Source: an uncultured virus (IMG/VR IMGVR_UViG_3300042545_002012)
Taxonomy: Duplodnaviria; Heunggongvirae; Uroviricota; Caudoviricetes
DNA: 64,000 bases
Strand: one strand, 5' to 3'
Virus record (IMG/VR): IMGVR_UViG_3300042545_002012
Below the pieces are notes generated by a model. It was not told the origin of the DNA, did no database searches, and was given only the letters and a program-made list of their open reading frames with translations. The number at the start of each line of letters is the position of its first letter. The stretch's first letter is position 1. Positions 47,319 to 58,517 of the stretch are shown piece after piece. The position numbers were made by a program, and so were the translations under genes.

Positions 47319-48629
47319 TGCCCTGCTCTCAGTGCCTTTTCCAGTTTGCGGTTAGCAGCTTTTAAATTTTCATCAGTAACAGATCCAAGTTTGACATCGC
47401 TTTTAAATCCTGATTTCTCAAGTAATTTGCGATGTCTGTTTTCTAATTGTTTGCGAGATTCCGAGACTTCTACTACTGCAACTTTAGGCTGTAGATAGGT
47501 AGAGTAAACCCAACTACCAGCAATCCACGCAACAGATAAAACACAAGAACTCATGGCAACTAAAAAGGAAGTGCTGATCGCTCGTACATGGTTAAGGTTG
47601 TGCTGTCTGGTTGTAGACATCGCGGATCTCTCGCAATAATCGATTCTTTTTGAAAGCTGCTTTTGATTCTGTTATTTGCTCTGGCAGCGAGTTCAGGATG
47701 TAGGCGACAGAGCCGATACATACTAAACTCGCAATAGTTAAAACAATGCCTATAACCCTAGCCATGACATCCAACTGCTAGAAGTTTCTAGATCGCTGTC
47801 ATCTTCGCTGCCTGAATCATCTAAATCAGCACAGCTATTAACATGATCGGAGTAGGTCAAAGGCTCGACTAGTTCGGGGTCTTCTTCTCGGCAATAGATA
47901 AACTGATAATCTTCAGAATCCCATTCTTGCTGTGAAGTGCCAACAATAGCTTCAGCGATCGCAGAAAATATACTCATTTTGCCCTCTGTATTTGTGCGGA
48001 TGTCCAGCCTGAAGAAAACCCAATCGCAAATCCAACTGATACGCCAGTAATCAAAGTAGAGATTATCGACAAAACGAGCAAGGCAATTATCTGATCCTTT
48101 GCGCGTAGTCTTTCGATCAGCTCGACCGATGAAAGCGTGGATAGGTCGCGAGAGGTTTTCACTTAATAATTCCTAAAGCCTTGAGCTTTGCTTCTACCTC
48201 ATCCAATTCTGATAACTGCTCGTTAGTTGCTTCAGAACTTTTTTCTAATGCCACCAACTCATCAAAGCGGGCTGTAAGTGTTTCGATTTCTTGATCGGGT
48301 TTAGACTCAGCAAGGGAAGACGGAATGGACAATAGCATAGGCATATGATTCAGAGCGATCGGACTGTAATTTTTTGACAAATTGGTAAAAAAATCAGGAT
48401 CGATCTTTGGCTCCTCTAATGCACTGTCAAACTCATCTCGCCATGCTTCAAATTTAATTCTTTGCACAACTGAACGGGCTTTGTTGCGATGATGAGTGTA
48501 AATCATCTCAAGACTACCTTCTAACCCCTCAATAACGGGAATAGAGGTACTATTTGCATCTTGAGATGGCTTATCTTGAGATGCTTGTTCTGCTTTTACT
48601 TGTTCTTTAGTCTTGTATTGGGTTGTCAT
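47315..48629 (-). other. Five coupled small genes upstream of the FtsK-like gene, three with single TM helices (47315-47620, 47592-47774, 47750-47977, 47974-48162, 48159-48629)
   Basis: Overlapping start/stop junctions; hydrophobic segments. Confidence 0.65.
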
Positions 48630-48892
48630 AACGATCTTAAGATCCTTGATATTTTACGAGTGTTTTTGTTTTTAGAAGCTCCAAACGCTTTAGCAGACCT
48701 CTTTTCAGCATACTCAAGAATGATTTTCAATTCATCTTGTGAATAAGGCGGATCGCCAACTCCTGAATAAACAGCATCGCGCCAATCCTCAAAAGTTGAT
48801 CTTGCAAATCCGTATGCTTCAATAATCTGTTTAACGCTAAGCTCTATATGGCTTTCAGTGTGCGTCATAGCGTAAGCGATCGTGTGCGTCAT
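48626..48892 (-). CDS. HTH DNA-binding protein, first gene of the FtsK operon
   Basis: SVKQIIEAYGFARSTFEDWR. Confidence 0.6.
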   Translation of the reverse strand: MTHTIAYAMTHTESHIELSVKQIIEAYGFARSTFEDWRDAVYSGVGDPPYSQDELKIILEYAEKRSAKAFGASKNKNTRKISRILRSL

Positions 48893-48963
48893 GGCTTATA
48901 CTACAGCGCTGTAGCGAGTAACGTCAAGTGCTATATTTATATTTGTTTCTTAAGTGGTAATTT

Positions 48964-49239
48964 ATGGCAGGGCAACCCCGCAATATTAGAATTGATGATG
49001 ATATCTACAGCGCACTAATTCAATGCGTAGCGGCGCGTAATGCTAGGTTTGAAGCTGAGGGCAGCAAAGAGCGAATCACTATTATTGATTTAATAAATGA
49101 GTCTTTGCGGTTACAAATGCCTATACATATCTGGGATAAGCTAAACAACCGTGTAACCAAATTAGAGCAGCAAGTAAGCGATATCGAGGCGCGATTAGAG
49201 TCGGATCGCGATTACGAATGTGAGCAAAAATATAGATAA
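48964..49239 (+). CDS. RHH-type regulator divergent from the FtsK operon
   Basis: PRNIRIDDDIYSAL...ITIIDLINESLR; palindrome ctacagcgctgtag at 48901-48914. Confidence 0.55.
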   Translation: MAGQPRNIRIDDDIYSALIQCVAARNARFEAEGSKERITIIDLINESLRLQMPIHIWDKLNNRVTKLEQQVSDIEARLESDRDYECEQKYR

Positions 49240-50262
49240 CCCTTATGCCTCCTAATCAAGAACATTCCTACACACTTGAAAGATTTGTGGTCGTCCTACA
49301 AATTATAGAAACTTCATCCTTAACATCCCAATGGATGTTTTTGGGCAGTGAAAACCAAACGCCTGTAAGCAATATTGCTGATGCTGATTTTTCCACTACC
49401 TACGAAGTAGCTACAATCGCTTTAGAGTATGCAAAAGAGCTAGGGGACTATCCTGATGCCTTTGTTTTCCCTATAACCACTGTTGTGGATATTAGGCATT
49501 ACTCAGATTGGAGTAATGCCTACAAACTGTTACAAGCAAATAAAAAAGGCGGATCGCTGTAGGGAGTGCGATCCGCCTTTGATCAAGAAGGTAACAGGTT
49601 AAACAAAGGTAACAATGCTTTTAAATTATAACTGTTAAAACACAAAATAAAACATGTCGCCACAACTTACCGAATATCAAGTACAAGAGTCTTACCCCGT
49701 CCTATTGGAAAACACCCATGACGTGCGATCACTGAAAGGTTGCCACAACTGCCGATTTAATAATTGGCGGCTCTGTACCAAAGTACCGCCACGGGATAGC
49801 GCCAAGTTTTATGCAGCAAATGATTGCCACGATTGGCAGCGAGAAATAAAATAAAAAAAAGAACTACTTGAATAATTCAAGTAGTTCTTTTTTTTATTTT
49901 AAATACTCCCTATGCATCGTCGGGTACTTATCCGCATCCGCAGGAACATACAGCGCAACGAACTCCGCCCAAGTGTGGCGCGATCGGTATCGCTCAATGA
50001 TCGGCGTTGCCTCAACCGTCAGTTCTTTTTTGGGTGCTGATTTTCTGGTTGCCATAATTACTCACTCTCAAGCTGTTTCTTCATTTTCTCTTGCCAAATT
50101 TGATGCTTTAGCGCTTCTTCAGGTGTGCGTGTAGGGTGATCGATAACCTGTTGCCAAGTCTTTTTATGTCTTGGATTTCCTTTTATTATTGCCAATGCCC
50201 AAGCTTGATCTTCTCCATGCTTAGCGATTGCAATGCGGTTAAGATCCGCGAGTGTTTGAGTT

Positions 50263-50934
50263 TTAGCCATTGTTAATACCTATAAATTTAAATTTATACA
50301 CCCATAGCCAAGGGTTTGAATTAGCGATCGCCTTGCCATGCAGCATCTCGATCTCTGAGATATAGGAATCAATTGGATTATGCCTAGTCCATTCCCCTGT
50401 TACATAGTTTTTGTAAACACTTACGTCCTTCTTAGAATAAGGAGTGACGTAAGGTATTCCTTCAGCGATCGCCGACTCAGCCGTGATATCAAGCAATCGC
50501 TCTAACTTCACATCAACAATCTCAACCCAGTAACGGGCAAAGGACTTCAGCATGAAACGGGCGTTTTGTTTTGAGTATAAGCCAGTTTTGCGGTTGTTGA
50601 TTTTTATCAAATCTTGCTCAGTAGGAGTTACCCACTTAGATTCTGGACTATGCCAAAAATACTGAATATGCAGTTTTTTGTTTGTGTAATCTGCGCCAGC
50701 TAGGTTTTGCGTTGGCTCTGTTAGGTAGCAGCGATCGCCTATGTTGTATTTAGGCTTAAGCTCGTCGCCCAAGAACAAATAGTTGCCCTTTTCGTTGCGC
50801 TCTATCTTTGAGATTTGAGTCACTTCGTCTTGGGTTTCGCCTTTGATCGTGAGTAATCGGCGTGTCTCGGTTTTAGTACCGTTGAGAACAGCGCAAAAAT
50901 TGTCTTCTGTGAATGCGATCGGCGGTGTTTTCAT
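50263..50934 (-). CDS. ASCH/PUA-like phage protein
   Basis: PIAF......VLNGTKTETRR, RFM....R..VEI..V..ERL.DIT...AIAEG and NPW.WVY.F. Confidence 0.8.
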   Translation of the reverse strand: MKTPPIAFTEDNFCAVLNGTKTETRRLLTIKGETQDEVTQISKIERNEKGNYLFLGDELKPKYNIGDRCYLTEPTQNLAGADYTNKKLHIQYFWHSPESKWVTPTEQDLIKINNRKTGLYSKQNARFMLKSFARYWVEIVDVKLERLLDITAESAIAEGIPYVTPYSKKDVSVYKNYVTGEWTRHNPIDSYISEIEMLHGKAIANSNPWLWVYKFKFIGINNG

Positions 50935-52178
50935 GATGCTTCTCCCTTACGATATTTTTTTAAATTTTCAAAATTCCTGTCAATGACTTTTGAGGTTATT
51001 TCTGTTAAACGCTCCTCAGAAATCACGATCATATTGTCAGCAAGTGGTAGATAAAATTCTGCATTACGCTCTGTGCAACGCTTATCAAATCGCTCAAAAT
51101 GGCTTAGATTCAGAATCTTTTCTTGCCAATCGTCAAAGATACTTGGCTGAAGAAAAAACAAGCAATCATCATCTTTACTTATAGCAGTAGTGCATCTGTC
51201 ATCCCTATCACTGCAATCAACCCAACACGCAAGCTTTTCGCCTTGCTGTATCAATTGCCATGCGCGATCGTAATCGCGACTGAGTTCGTAAATCATAATT
51301 CAATACCTCTAACAACCTTTACAACAGTAATCGTAGTAGTCTCTTCTTCAATCGCAACCCGATACTGTAATTCAGGATGTCTCAATCTCATCCTTTTTAG
51401 TAATTTGATTGCATCAGATTCTTTTTTGTTGGAGCGTAGTGTTTTCCACTCGCTGCGATCTGATATAAATCGCTGGAGTAGATAGGCGATCTTGATTTGT
51501 TGAGTCATGAGATAGCCTCCTGAAACTGAAGAATGCAGTCAGCACCAAAATACAGATAGTCTTCCCCATTTGGTCTAGACTGTGCAGTGTTCAGTAACAC
51601 AAAATAATCTACTTGATTAGATCCTAGTACACGCTCTCTGCTTACACTTTTTTTGATTACTTCCAAGGGCTTGTCATCACCATTAAGGTAATAAGCTCCT
51701 ACGGGAAAATCGATGGCTTTACACTCTTTAGCCATAATCACACCTCCAATAGTTCTTTACTTTCTGGCAATGCGATCGCGCTATCAGGCACAGCAATATA
51801 AAAATACTCACCATGCCGCGAGTGATAAGCCCTGCCTGATTGCTGTAGCTTGGCTTTGTTGATGTGGAATTTACCGCCCTTGTAAAAGTCTGGGAATAAC
51901 TCCAAAATATCAAGCGATAGATCCTGTGATACCACAATGATTTCCATCGCTGTAGTTTTAACAACTGGACATGGTTCGTACCACACATTCCAACCATCGC
52001 CACTTGGCAAGCCATGACGGTTGATTCCATTCATGAACTCAGCCATAAATTCAGGGGGAATAGATGCGCGATCGCCAAAGTGATTAATAATTTTCGCGAT
52101 CGCTTGATTGAGTTCAGGTGTGTGCCAAAATCTACGAGCGCGGTATAGATGCGTGAGGTTTTCTACGGGGTGCATGAT
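50931..52178 (-). other. Run of small hypothetical genes (50931-51296, 51293-51508, 51505-51741, 51738-~52175)
   Basis: Coupled ORFs downstream of the BRO gene. Confidence 0.55.
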
Positions 52179-52188
52179 GTTACTCCTG

Positions 52189-52917
52189 TTATTTAAAAAA
52201 GTTCTTAACAGCTTTTTCGACTTCACTATTTGGGAACGGATAGCACCAAATAGGCATCATGCGACCATTGCAAATTCTTGATTCTTGCTTGCCAATATTG
52301 CCACATGCAGCTTTAACAAATTTACCTAGAGAGGTACGGTTTTGCAGCGTGATTGGTAGTTTCAAATATTCAGCAATTTCCGCTACTCCCATCCATTGAG
52401 TTTCACTAGCAGGGGTGATCGCCTTAATGCTGTTGACTGCATCATTAATAGCTACATCTACAAGCAATTGGCATAAACGCGGATCAGTATCTGCTAATAA
52501 ATCTTTGATTTCAGATACCGATCGGGCGGTTTCTAGTGCTAGCTCTCTAGATGCAATTACTGGAATAGATGTTTTAATTCCTGATTGAGATGGAACTACC
52601 TCATATTTACCAGTTTTGCGGATTGATGGAAGGATTTCTTCACATACCCAATCTTGGAACGGCTCAGCTTGAGGTTTACGAGATTTCATGGTCAAACGGT
52701 ATAAGCCAGACTCTGAAATGATTACTACATCTTGCTTACCGCCAAGGGTGTCATTATTGTATAGATCCTTTTCTCTAGCTTTCAAGGGTTTGCAAGCTTG
52801 GCTTACATTCCCTAAATCCAAAATAGAACAAACGTCTTGAGCGACAAACCAAGGATCGCCATTTACAGAAATGACACGAACTAAATGATCGTTAAATGAG
52901 AATAGTTGTAAGTTCAT
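52189..52917 (-). CDS. BRO-N domain antirepressor-like protein
   Basis: VR.....GDPWFVA.DVC.IL, ISESGLY.L...SRKP.A..FQ.WV..EILPSIRKTG.Y. Confidence 0.9.
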   Translation of the reverse strand: MNLQLFSFNDHLVRVISVNGDPWFVAQDVCSILDLGNVSQACKPLKAREKDLYNNDTLGGKQDVVIISESGLYRLTMKSRKPQAEPFQDWVCEEILPSIRKTGKYEVVPSQSGIKTSIPVIASRELALETARSVSEIKDLLADTDPRLCQLLVDVAINDAVNSIKAITPASETQWMGVAEIAEYLKLPITLQNRTSLGKFVKAACGNIGKQESRICNGRMMPIWCYPFPNSEVEKAVKNFFK

Positions 52918-53069
52918 TCAATCACTCCTTGCTTTTTAGCTTTTTTGACTGCTTCAATAATCAAAATCTCAATCGATGCACTCATTGATCTTTTCTGGGA
53001 TTTTGCAAAAGACTCAAGATCTTTCCGAGTCTCTTCCTCTAAATACAATGGCATTGATACTTTTGCCAT
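52914..53069 (-). CDS. RHH (Arc/CopG-like) repressor
   Basis: MAKVSMPLYLEEETRKDLESFAKSQKRSMSASIEILI. Confidence 0.75.
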   Translation of the reverse strand: MAKVSMPLYLEEETRKDLESFAKSQKRSMSASIEILIIEAVKKAKKQGVIE

Positions 53070-53087
53070 AAATGCTTTGTGTAAACT

Positions 53088-53178
53088 ACTTGATATCAAT
53101 ATAGCATATATTGATATCAAGTCAATACCAAATTAATATTTTAAAAGTATTGACATAGTACTTATTTCGATCTATAGT
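53088..53178. promoter_or_regulatory. Divergent promoter region with a perfect 16-bp-arm operator palindrome
   Basis: acttgatatcaatata-gca-tatattgatatcaagt; rightward TTGACA(53150)-17 nt-TATAGT. Confidence 0.75.
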
Positions 53179-53217
53179 ACTAAAAGATTCAAGCAAGTAA
53201 AGCAAAGGCAACGCATC

Positions 53218-53823
53218 ATGTCAGACACATTTCAAATCATTGGCGGTTACGATATGCGCCGCAGCACATCTACAATCGCAGCCAGAGACGCTCATGCAAT
53301 GGTGAAAGAATCCAACAAACGCGCTGGTATCACTAAACCACGCGCCCAAAAATCCCGCTCACTACAAGAGATTAGCGATCGCGCTGGTTCCTTGGGTGTA
53401 GAGATAGAGATCAAGGGGAAAGAAATCACGCTTTTCCCTCCAAAGTTTAATGAACTAGGTGAACAGATTGGTAATAATCATGGTGATTACTACACGACCA
53501 CAAAAGCAAATGCTTGGCAAGTGCTAGATGAAATCTCCCTAGAGATTGTCAAAGCTAAATCCGATGATGCGATCGCCACTGAAGCTAAGCAAGCATACGA
53601 AGATCTGCTTCCTGCTACCCCTGCTATTTGCGAAACCGTAGCTAAGCAAGCTTGTCAAGAGCTTTTGCCAGTAGACCCATGGGAACAACGTCGCTTAGAG
53701 CGCATCGCTAGCCAAGGCGCATACACAGTCGATGATTTCGCCTCTACCTACTCACCACGCGACACATTTGGCGATGACGCTTTTGCTTTGTCAGGTCGTT
53801 ACGGTTGCGGAGCGCTGATCTAA
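53218..53823 (+). CDS. Hypothetical protein
   Basis: First gene after the rightward promoter. Confidence 0.65.
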   Translation: MSDTFQIIGGYDMRRSTSTIAARDAHAMVKESNKRAGITKPRAQKSRSLQEISDRAGSLGVEIEIKGKEITLFPPKFNELGEQIGNNHGDYYTTTKANAWQVLDEISLEIVKAKSDDAIATEAKQAYEDLLPATPAICETVAKQACQELLPVDPWEQRRLERIASQGAYTVDDFASTYSPRDTFGDDAFALSGRYGCGALI

Positions 53824-54086
53824 TGTACCAACCATTGCAACAAGTCCTTTACCAAGGCGCGATCGCCACAATCGTTGATACACTCCCTAGCGTAATTGGA
53901 TACGATTATTTGATCCGCTGTGGTAATAGGGTTGAAAGACCCGTCAAAGAAGAAGAGCTAACGGAGGTTTAGTATGACTCCATACGACTATCTCCATCAG
54001 CAAATGGTTTACTGGCTATCTGTCGCATTCTTATCGCCTATCCTTTTGGCGATCGCTATTAACATTAATCCACACAGGTAAAACAA

Positions 54087-55028
54087 ATGTCAGCTATCAC
54101 AACTACATCTCAATCAAGCATCACTCATTTCAACCCTGAACAAATGAAGGTACTGCAAGAGCAGCTAGCCCCTAAGTGTTCTCCTTCAGAATTGCAGTAT
54201 TTTATCGAAGTCTGTAAGATCACTGGCTTGAGTCCATTTACTCGCGAGATTTATGCTATCTCTCGCAACAATTGGAACCCAGAAACAGGGCAAAATGAGC
54301 CTAAGATGACAATTCAAGTCAGTATTGACGGCTTGCGTAAAAGGGCAGCCAACACTGGATTGTATGACGGATCTGCTACTTATTGGTGCGGTGACGATGC
54401 TGTATGGGTTGAAGTTTGGTTAAAAAATACTCTTCCATCCGCCGCCAAAACCATCGTTTATCGCAAAGGTTCACAGCCCTTTGTTGCGGTTGCTCGTTTT
54501 GATTCTTACAAACAAGAGTATAAAAACAAGAAAACTCAGAAGATGGAACTATCGGGACAATGGGCTAAAATGCCTGATTTGATGATCGGGAAAGTTTCCG
54601 AGGCTCTTGCATTGCGTAAAGCATTTCCAGAACAAACGGCTGGTTTGTACTCAGGGGAAGAGATGGATCAGATTGACAGCGAATCTAAACCCGTCTACAG
54701 CCAATCTCTACCAGTGCAGCCTCAACCAGTGCAACAGACAGCAGGATGGGACAAGGAACTATGGGCAATCTTTGAAAAGGGCGTAAATAAATGCGCTACT
54801 GTCGAGGATCTAGAAAAGCTTATTGGATGGGTTGCGAAAAGCTCTAGCAAGTACGAGCCAAGTCAAGATCAGCTCTCAATCATTACTAATATTTTGGGTG
54901 ATTTCACTAAGAAGTTTAATCAGGAAGTTGCTTCTCAACCCGTGAAATCTGCACAAGCTGAACCTGATGAAGTAGAGCCAACGCTGGAAGATGAAAGCCG
55001 CAATCCTATAGACGCTGACGATTTCTAA
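54087..55028 (+). CDS. bet: Red-beta/Bet-family single-strand annealing recombinase
   Basis: EL..F...C...GL.PF.REIY, IQVSIDG.R..A..TG.Y.G, W.KMP..M..K..EA.ALRKAFP....GLY..EEM. Confidence 0.9.
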   Translation: MSAITTTSQSSITHFNPEQMKVLQEQLAPKCSPSELQYFIEVCKITGLSPFTREIYAISRNNWNPETGQNEPKMTIQVSIDGLRKRAANTGLYDGSATYWCGDDAVWVEVWLKNTLPSAAKTIVYRKGSQPFVAVARFDSYKQEYKNKKTQKMELSGQWAKMPDLMIGKVSEALALRKAFPEQTAGLYSGEEMDQIDSESKPVYSQSLPVQPQPVQQTAGWDKELWAIFEKGVNKCATVEDLEKLIGWVAKSSSKYEPSQDQLSIITNILGDFTKKFNQEVASQPVKSAQAEPDEVEPTLEDESRNPIDADDF

Positions 55029-55779
55029 CCACACACTCACAGGCGGCGCAATGCCGCCTAAACATTATGCAAGAACTACTACAACAAGTTCTATACCTCA
55101 CTATTAAGATTGCGGTTGCGAGGAGTTAATTATGATCGGAGTATATATTTTTACTGTGATTTGTTGTCTAGTGTCTCTATGTATTTCTTCTTTTACCCTT
55201 GGCTACACTATTGGAAAAAGAAGCAGATGAGCGATAAGAAATTCAAACTCATCCGCACCTATACCGTAACTACAGATGAGACAACATTCACACCTAAGCT
55301 AGACGTACTAAGGCTTAAGATGGAACGTCGCCAAAATGAATGCCCTAACGATGATTTTAGGATCGTAGACGAACAAGGCAACCCCGCCGAACTAGCCGAT
55401 TTTCTTGAATCAGAGCTAGCTCATCCCGTGGCTAAGGCTAAGCGGGTGAAGGAAGAGAAGAAAGAACAGTACAGGAAGGAAGTAGTCAAGAGGTTGAAGC
55501 GATGCTAAGTACAATCAAAGTATCTGTAACCGCCGCACACATCGCCGCCGCAAGATATCCTAGTAAGTCACCATTAGCTCTTGCCCTGCGAGAGATATAT
55601 TCCGAGAATGCTCACGTTACACAACACTACGCATATATCGGCAACAAAGTTTATCAGCTACCAGAAGCAGCAATTGCATCAGAGCGTTGTTTTGATTATT
55701 TAGCAAAAGGCGGTTCTAGCCAAGGTGAGATTGCTGAGAATATTTTTGCTTACGAGTGCGAGCTAGTGGAGTTGGTGCA

Positions 55780-56799
55780 ATGAGTAAAAAAACATTTACA
55801 GCATTGTTTGCAGGTGGAGGTGGTGCAGATTTAGGAGCGATCGCCGCAGGACTAGAACCATGTGAATCAGTGGAATACGATCCTGCGATCGCTGAAGTTC
55901 ACAAAGCAAATATAAACGGCAAAATGCATGTTGCCAATATCCTTGATTGCGATCCGTATCGCTTTGAAAAGCCTGATATCCTTCATGCTAGCCCAGTCTG
56001 TAAGCAATTCAGCACAGCTAATACTAACAAAGGCGAAGCTCAGCTTGATATCGACAGCGCCCGAAAGGTAGCAGAATTTATCCAAGTGCTACAGCCTAAG
56101 CATTTTACTCTTGAGAATGTAGAAGCTTACCGCAAATCCAAATCGTTCCATTTGATTGTTGAGATACTTCACAAGATTGGATATTTTTGCAATTGGCAAG
56201 TACTAAATGCTGCTGATTTTGGAGTGCCACAATCTCGCCGTCGCTTAATTTTAATCGCTGTTAAAGACGGCTTTATTCCTGCATTGCCACAACCTGAAAA
56301 GCATATTGGATGGTACGAGGCGATCGCTGATAAGGTTCATGATTTGCCTGATAGCAAACTGGCGGATTGGCAGTTGAAAGCTTTGCCTAGTGAGATTAGG
56401 GAGCATTTGTTGATTGATAACAGAAATAGCACACCACCAGTCACAATAAAAAACGGAAGTGAAACAGCTTTAACTCTTACAACTTCAACGACTACTAGGG
56501 ATTTAAAAGCCATCTTAATCGAAAACACAGGCGCAAGAAGCGATCGCGAACTCCAAACCCGCGCCGCCGATGAGCCGTGTTGGACATTGAGAGCAATGGG
56601 GCAGGACGGGCATTATCACAGGGCTAATGCTTTGCTAAATGCTCGTATCGTAGCTCTAGACATTGCTTGCTTAGCTCGTTTGCAGTCATTCCCTGATAAC
56701 TATCAGTGGAGTGGCAAAAAGTCGTTAGATGGCAAAATTATCGGTAACTCAGTACCACCCCTGATGTATCAAAAGATTTTGCAATCGATCATTCAATAA
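55780..56799 (+). CDS. C5-cytosine DNA methyltransferase
   Basis: LFAGGGG, SPVC..FS, ENV, ADFGVPQSRRR, RLQSFPD and IGNSVPP. Confidence 0.92.
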   Translation: MSKKTFTALFAGGGGADLGAIAAGLEPCESVEYDPAIAEVHKANINGKMHVANILDCDPYRFEKPDILHASPVCKQFSTANTNKGEAQLDIDSARKVAEFIQVLQPKHFTLENVEAYRKSKSFHLIVEILHKIGYFCNWQVLNAADFGVPQSRRRLILIAVKDGFIPALPQPEKHIGWYEAIADKVHDLPDSKLADWQLKALPSEIREHLLIDNRNSTPPVTIKNGSETALTLTTSTTTRDLKAILIENTGARSDRELQTRAADEPCWTLRAMGQDGHYHRANALLNARIVALDIACLARLQSFPDNYQWSGKKSLDGKIIGNSVPPLMYQKILQSIIQ

Positions 56800-56870
56800 A
56801 AATCAGCGATTGCCCCATGACAAGCGATCGCTGAAACCCGAATAACTGCATTTCTACCAAATATTAAACC

Positions 56871-57086
56871 ATGAAATATCTACTAATCCTCGCATTGCTT
56901 TCTATTTCCACCCCTGCGATCGCACAAGTTAACCGCACCGTTGGCAATGGCTTCTCTGACCTTGGTAAAATCACAGCTAGAAGCAATCAAGAGGCTTCTA
57001 GGCTATGCCGCAAGAAAGGCGGTAACGTTGTGATTAAGACTGGTAACAGATACACTTGCCACTATTTCCAGAGGTTAGCAAAATGA
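56871..57086 (+). CDS. Small secreted Cys-pair protein
   Basis: Signal peptide MKYLLILALLSISTPAIA. Confidence 0.55.
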   Translation: MKYLLILALLSISTPAIAQVNRTVGNGFSDLGKITARSNQEASRLCRKKGGNVVIKTGNRYTCHYFQRLAK

Positions 57087-57679
57087 TCGAAATATATTGG
57101 TTAGGCGATCGCTTTCACTGCACTGATAAAAAGCTAGAAGCCACGCATCAATTGGTGTTAGAGAGTAAATCAAACTCTAAACATATTTGCCAAAAGATGC
57201 AGAATTTAGGTTTTGACCTTGAAATAATCTGTCGTGATATATTCCCTAGAAATCAGATGTTTCTTGACAACTTAACTTTTTACCCCAAGAACTTACCAGT
57301 TGTTTGCAAGGGATTTACAATCAAAGAGATGGGAACTGGCTTTAATGTTTGCTTCAACCTAATCGGTTACACTGTCGCCGCAAATAATCTAGGGATAGCT
57401 TTGCGGATATATGGCGGCTCATTTCAAGGTTGTTTGCATCCTTTATTTTACAAGGCTTTAGAGAATTACTTCCTAAGTGAGGGTATTGAAGTTTATAAAC
57501 AATGTCCTTACTTTGCGGATTCGCAATATCTTAAATGCACCGTCAATCCTACGACTCCATGCAAGCAATGTGATGAGTCTCCACAGCTATTCAAAAATAC
57601 TTCTATCGAATGGATTCAGATCGGCGCTTGGCAGCATGTTCTTAAATATCGGGATGTGCAAGGTTTAATTTATGCTTAA
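57083..57679 (+). CDS. Hypothetical protein with a Cys-rich (DUF6464-like) C-terminal motif
   Basis: CPYF..S.YLKC.VNP..PC..C. Confidence 0.5.
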   Translation: MIEIYWLGDRFHCTDKKLEATHQLVLESKSNSKHICQKMQNLGFDLEIICRDIFPRNQMFLDNLTFYPKNLPVVCKGFTIKEMGTGFNVCFNLIGYTVAANNLGIALRIYGGSFQGCLHPLFYKALENYFLSEGIEVYKQCPYFADSQYLKCTVNPTTPCKQCDESPQLFKNTSIEWIQIGAWQHVLKYRDVQGLIYA

Positions 57680-57714
57680 AGTAACAATCACCCCAGACCA
57701 CATCGGAGAAAACC

Positions 57715-58239
57715 ATGACAGAACTGCAACTCAAACGATTAAAAGACCTCGCTTTTCGCTTGGCTAAGGCTAGTTTTAAACACGATCGCTACTACGGCTG
57801 GACGGTTAATCAACTGCACACTTTCTTTAAATATGCGACCGATTATCCCAAATGGAATAACCTAGAGGATGTCTACGACCTTATCTCTGAGTATTCCACT
57901 GAGGTCGTGGATTATGCTCATTTAATGGGTAATAGGCTTGAACGAGCAAAGTTAGATCGCTTTGTTGATACAAGGAGCCAGTCAGAAGACTGTACCGAAG
58001 AGGAACTAGAGGCTTACGATAATTTGCGCTTTGAGATAGCAGATAGGGTAAGCAATGCTTTTTCTTGTTGTTTGCACATTGCCTTTGATGTGGTAACAGA
58101 ACCTTGGGTCGGCGGTGTTTTAGGCTTTACTGTTGGAGATTTAAAACGAGCTTATCCTAAAGGTTTTCCAAATTGGTTTAAAGAAAAATTTACTGTCGAT
58201 TTGGACAGTTTGCCTAGCACTGAATATTTAACTTTGTGA
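57715..58239 (+). CDS. Hypothetical protein
   Basis: GGAG RBS; GVLGFTVGDL.R.YP.G.P.W. Confidence 0.6.
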   Translation: MTELQLKRLKDLAFRLAKASFKHDRYYGWTVNQLHTFFKYATDYPKWNNLEDVYDLISEYSTEVVDYAHLMGNRLERAKLDRFVDTRSQSEDCTEEELEAYDNLRFEIADRVSNAFSCCLHIAFDVVTEPWVGGVLGFTVGDLKRAYPKGFPNWFKEKFTVDLDSLPSTEYLTL

Positions 58240-58517
58240 AGGCATGAACTTAACACCACTTCCCAGAGAATCCCATCAACAGTTTTACGATCGCCTTGTC
58301 AGAGATGATCTATTAAATTAAATCTTGAGGACAATCTGCGATAATAAAAGTGTTAAGTCACAGAACCACTGCCATGAAAATGAAACCTAAGCCCAAAGGT
58401 AGTAAGCCCAAGCCTAAGCCTTATAAGTAAGCAAAAAGAGAGAGTGATCATTGCGATCGCTCTCTCTTTTTGCTGTGGGTTATTAATTAATCCAATTCGC
58501 GATCGCCGCTGTCATGC

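Noticed and set aside
55780..56799. Restriction-modification system
   Set aside because: No adjacent ORF recognisable as a restriction endonuclease; treated as an orphan methylase
58375..58430. Tiny Lys/Pro-rich ORF MKMKPKPKGSKPKPKPYK before a terminator
   Set aside because: Too short to support as a gene from sequence alone
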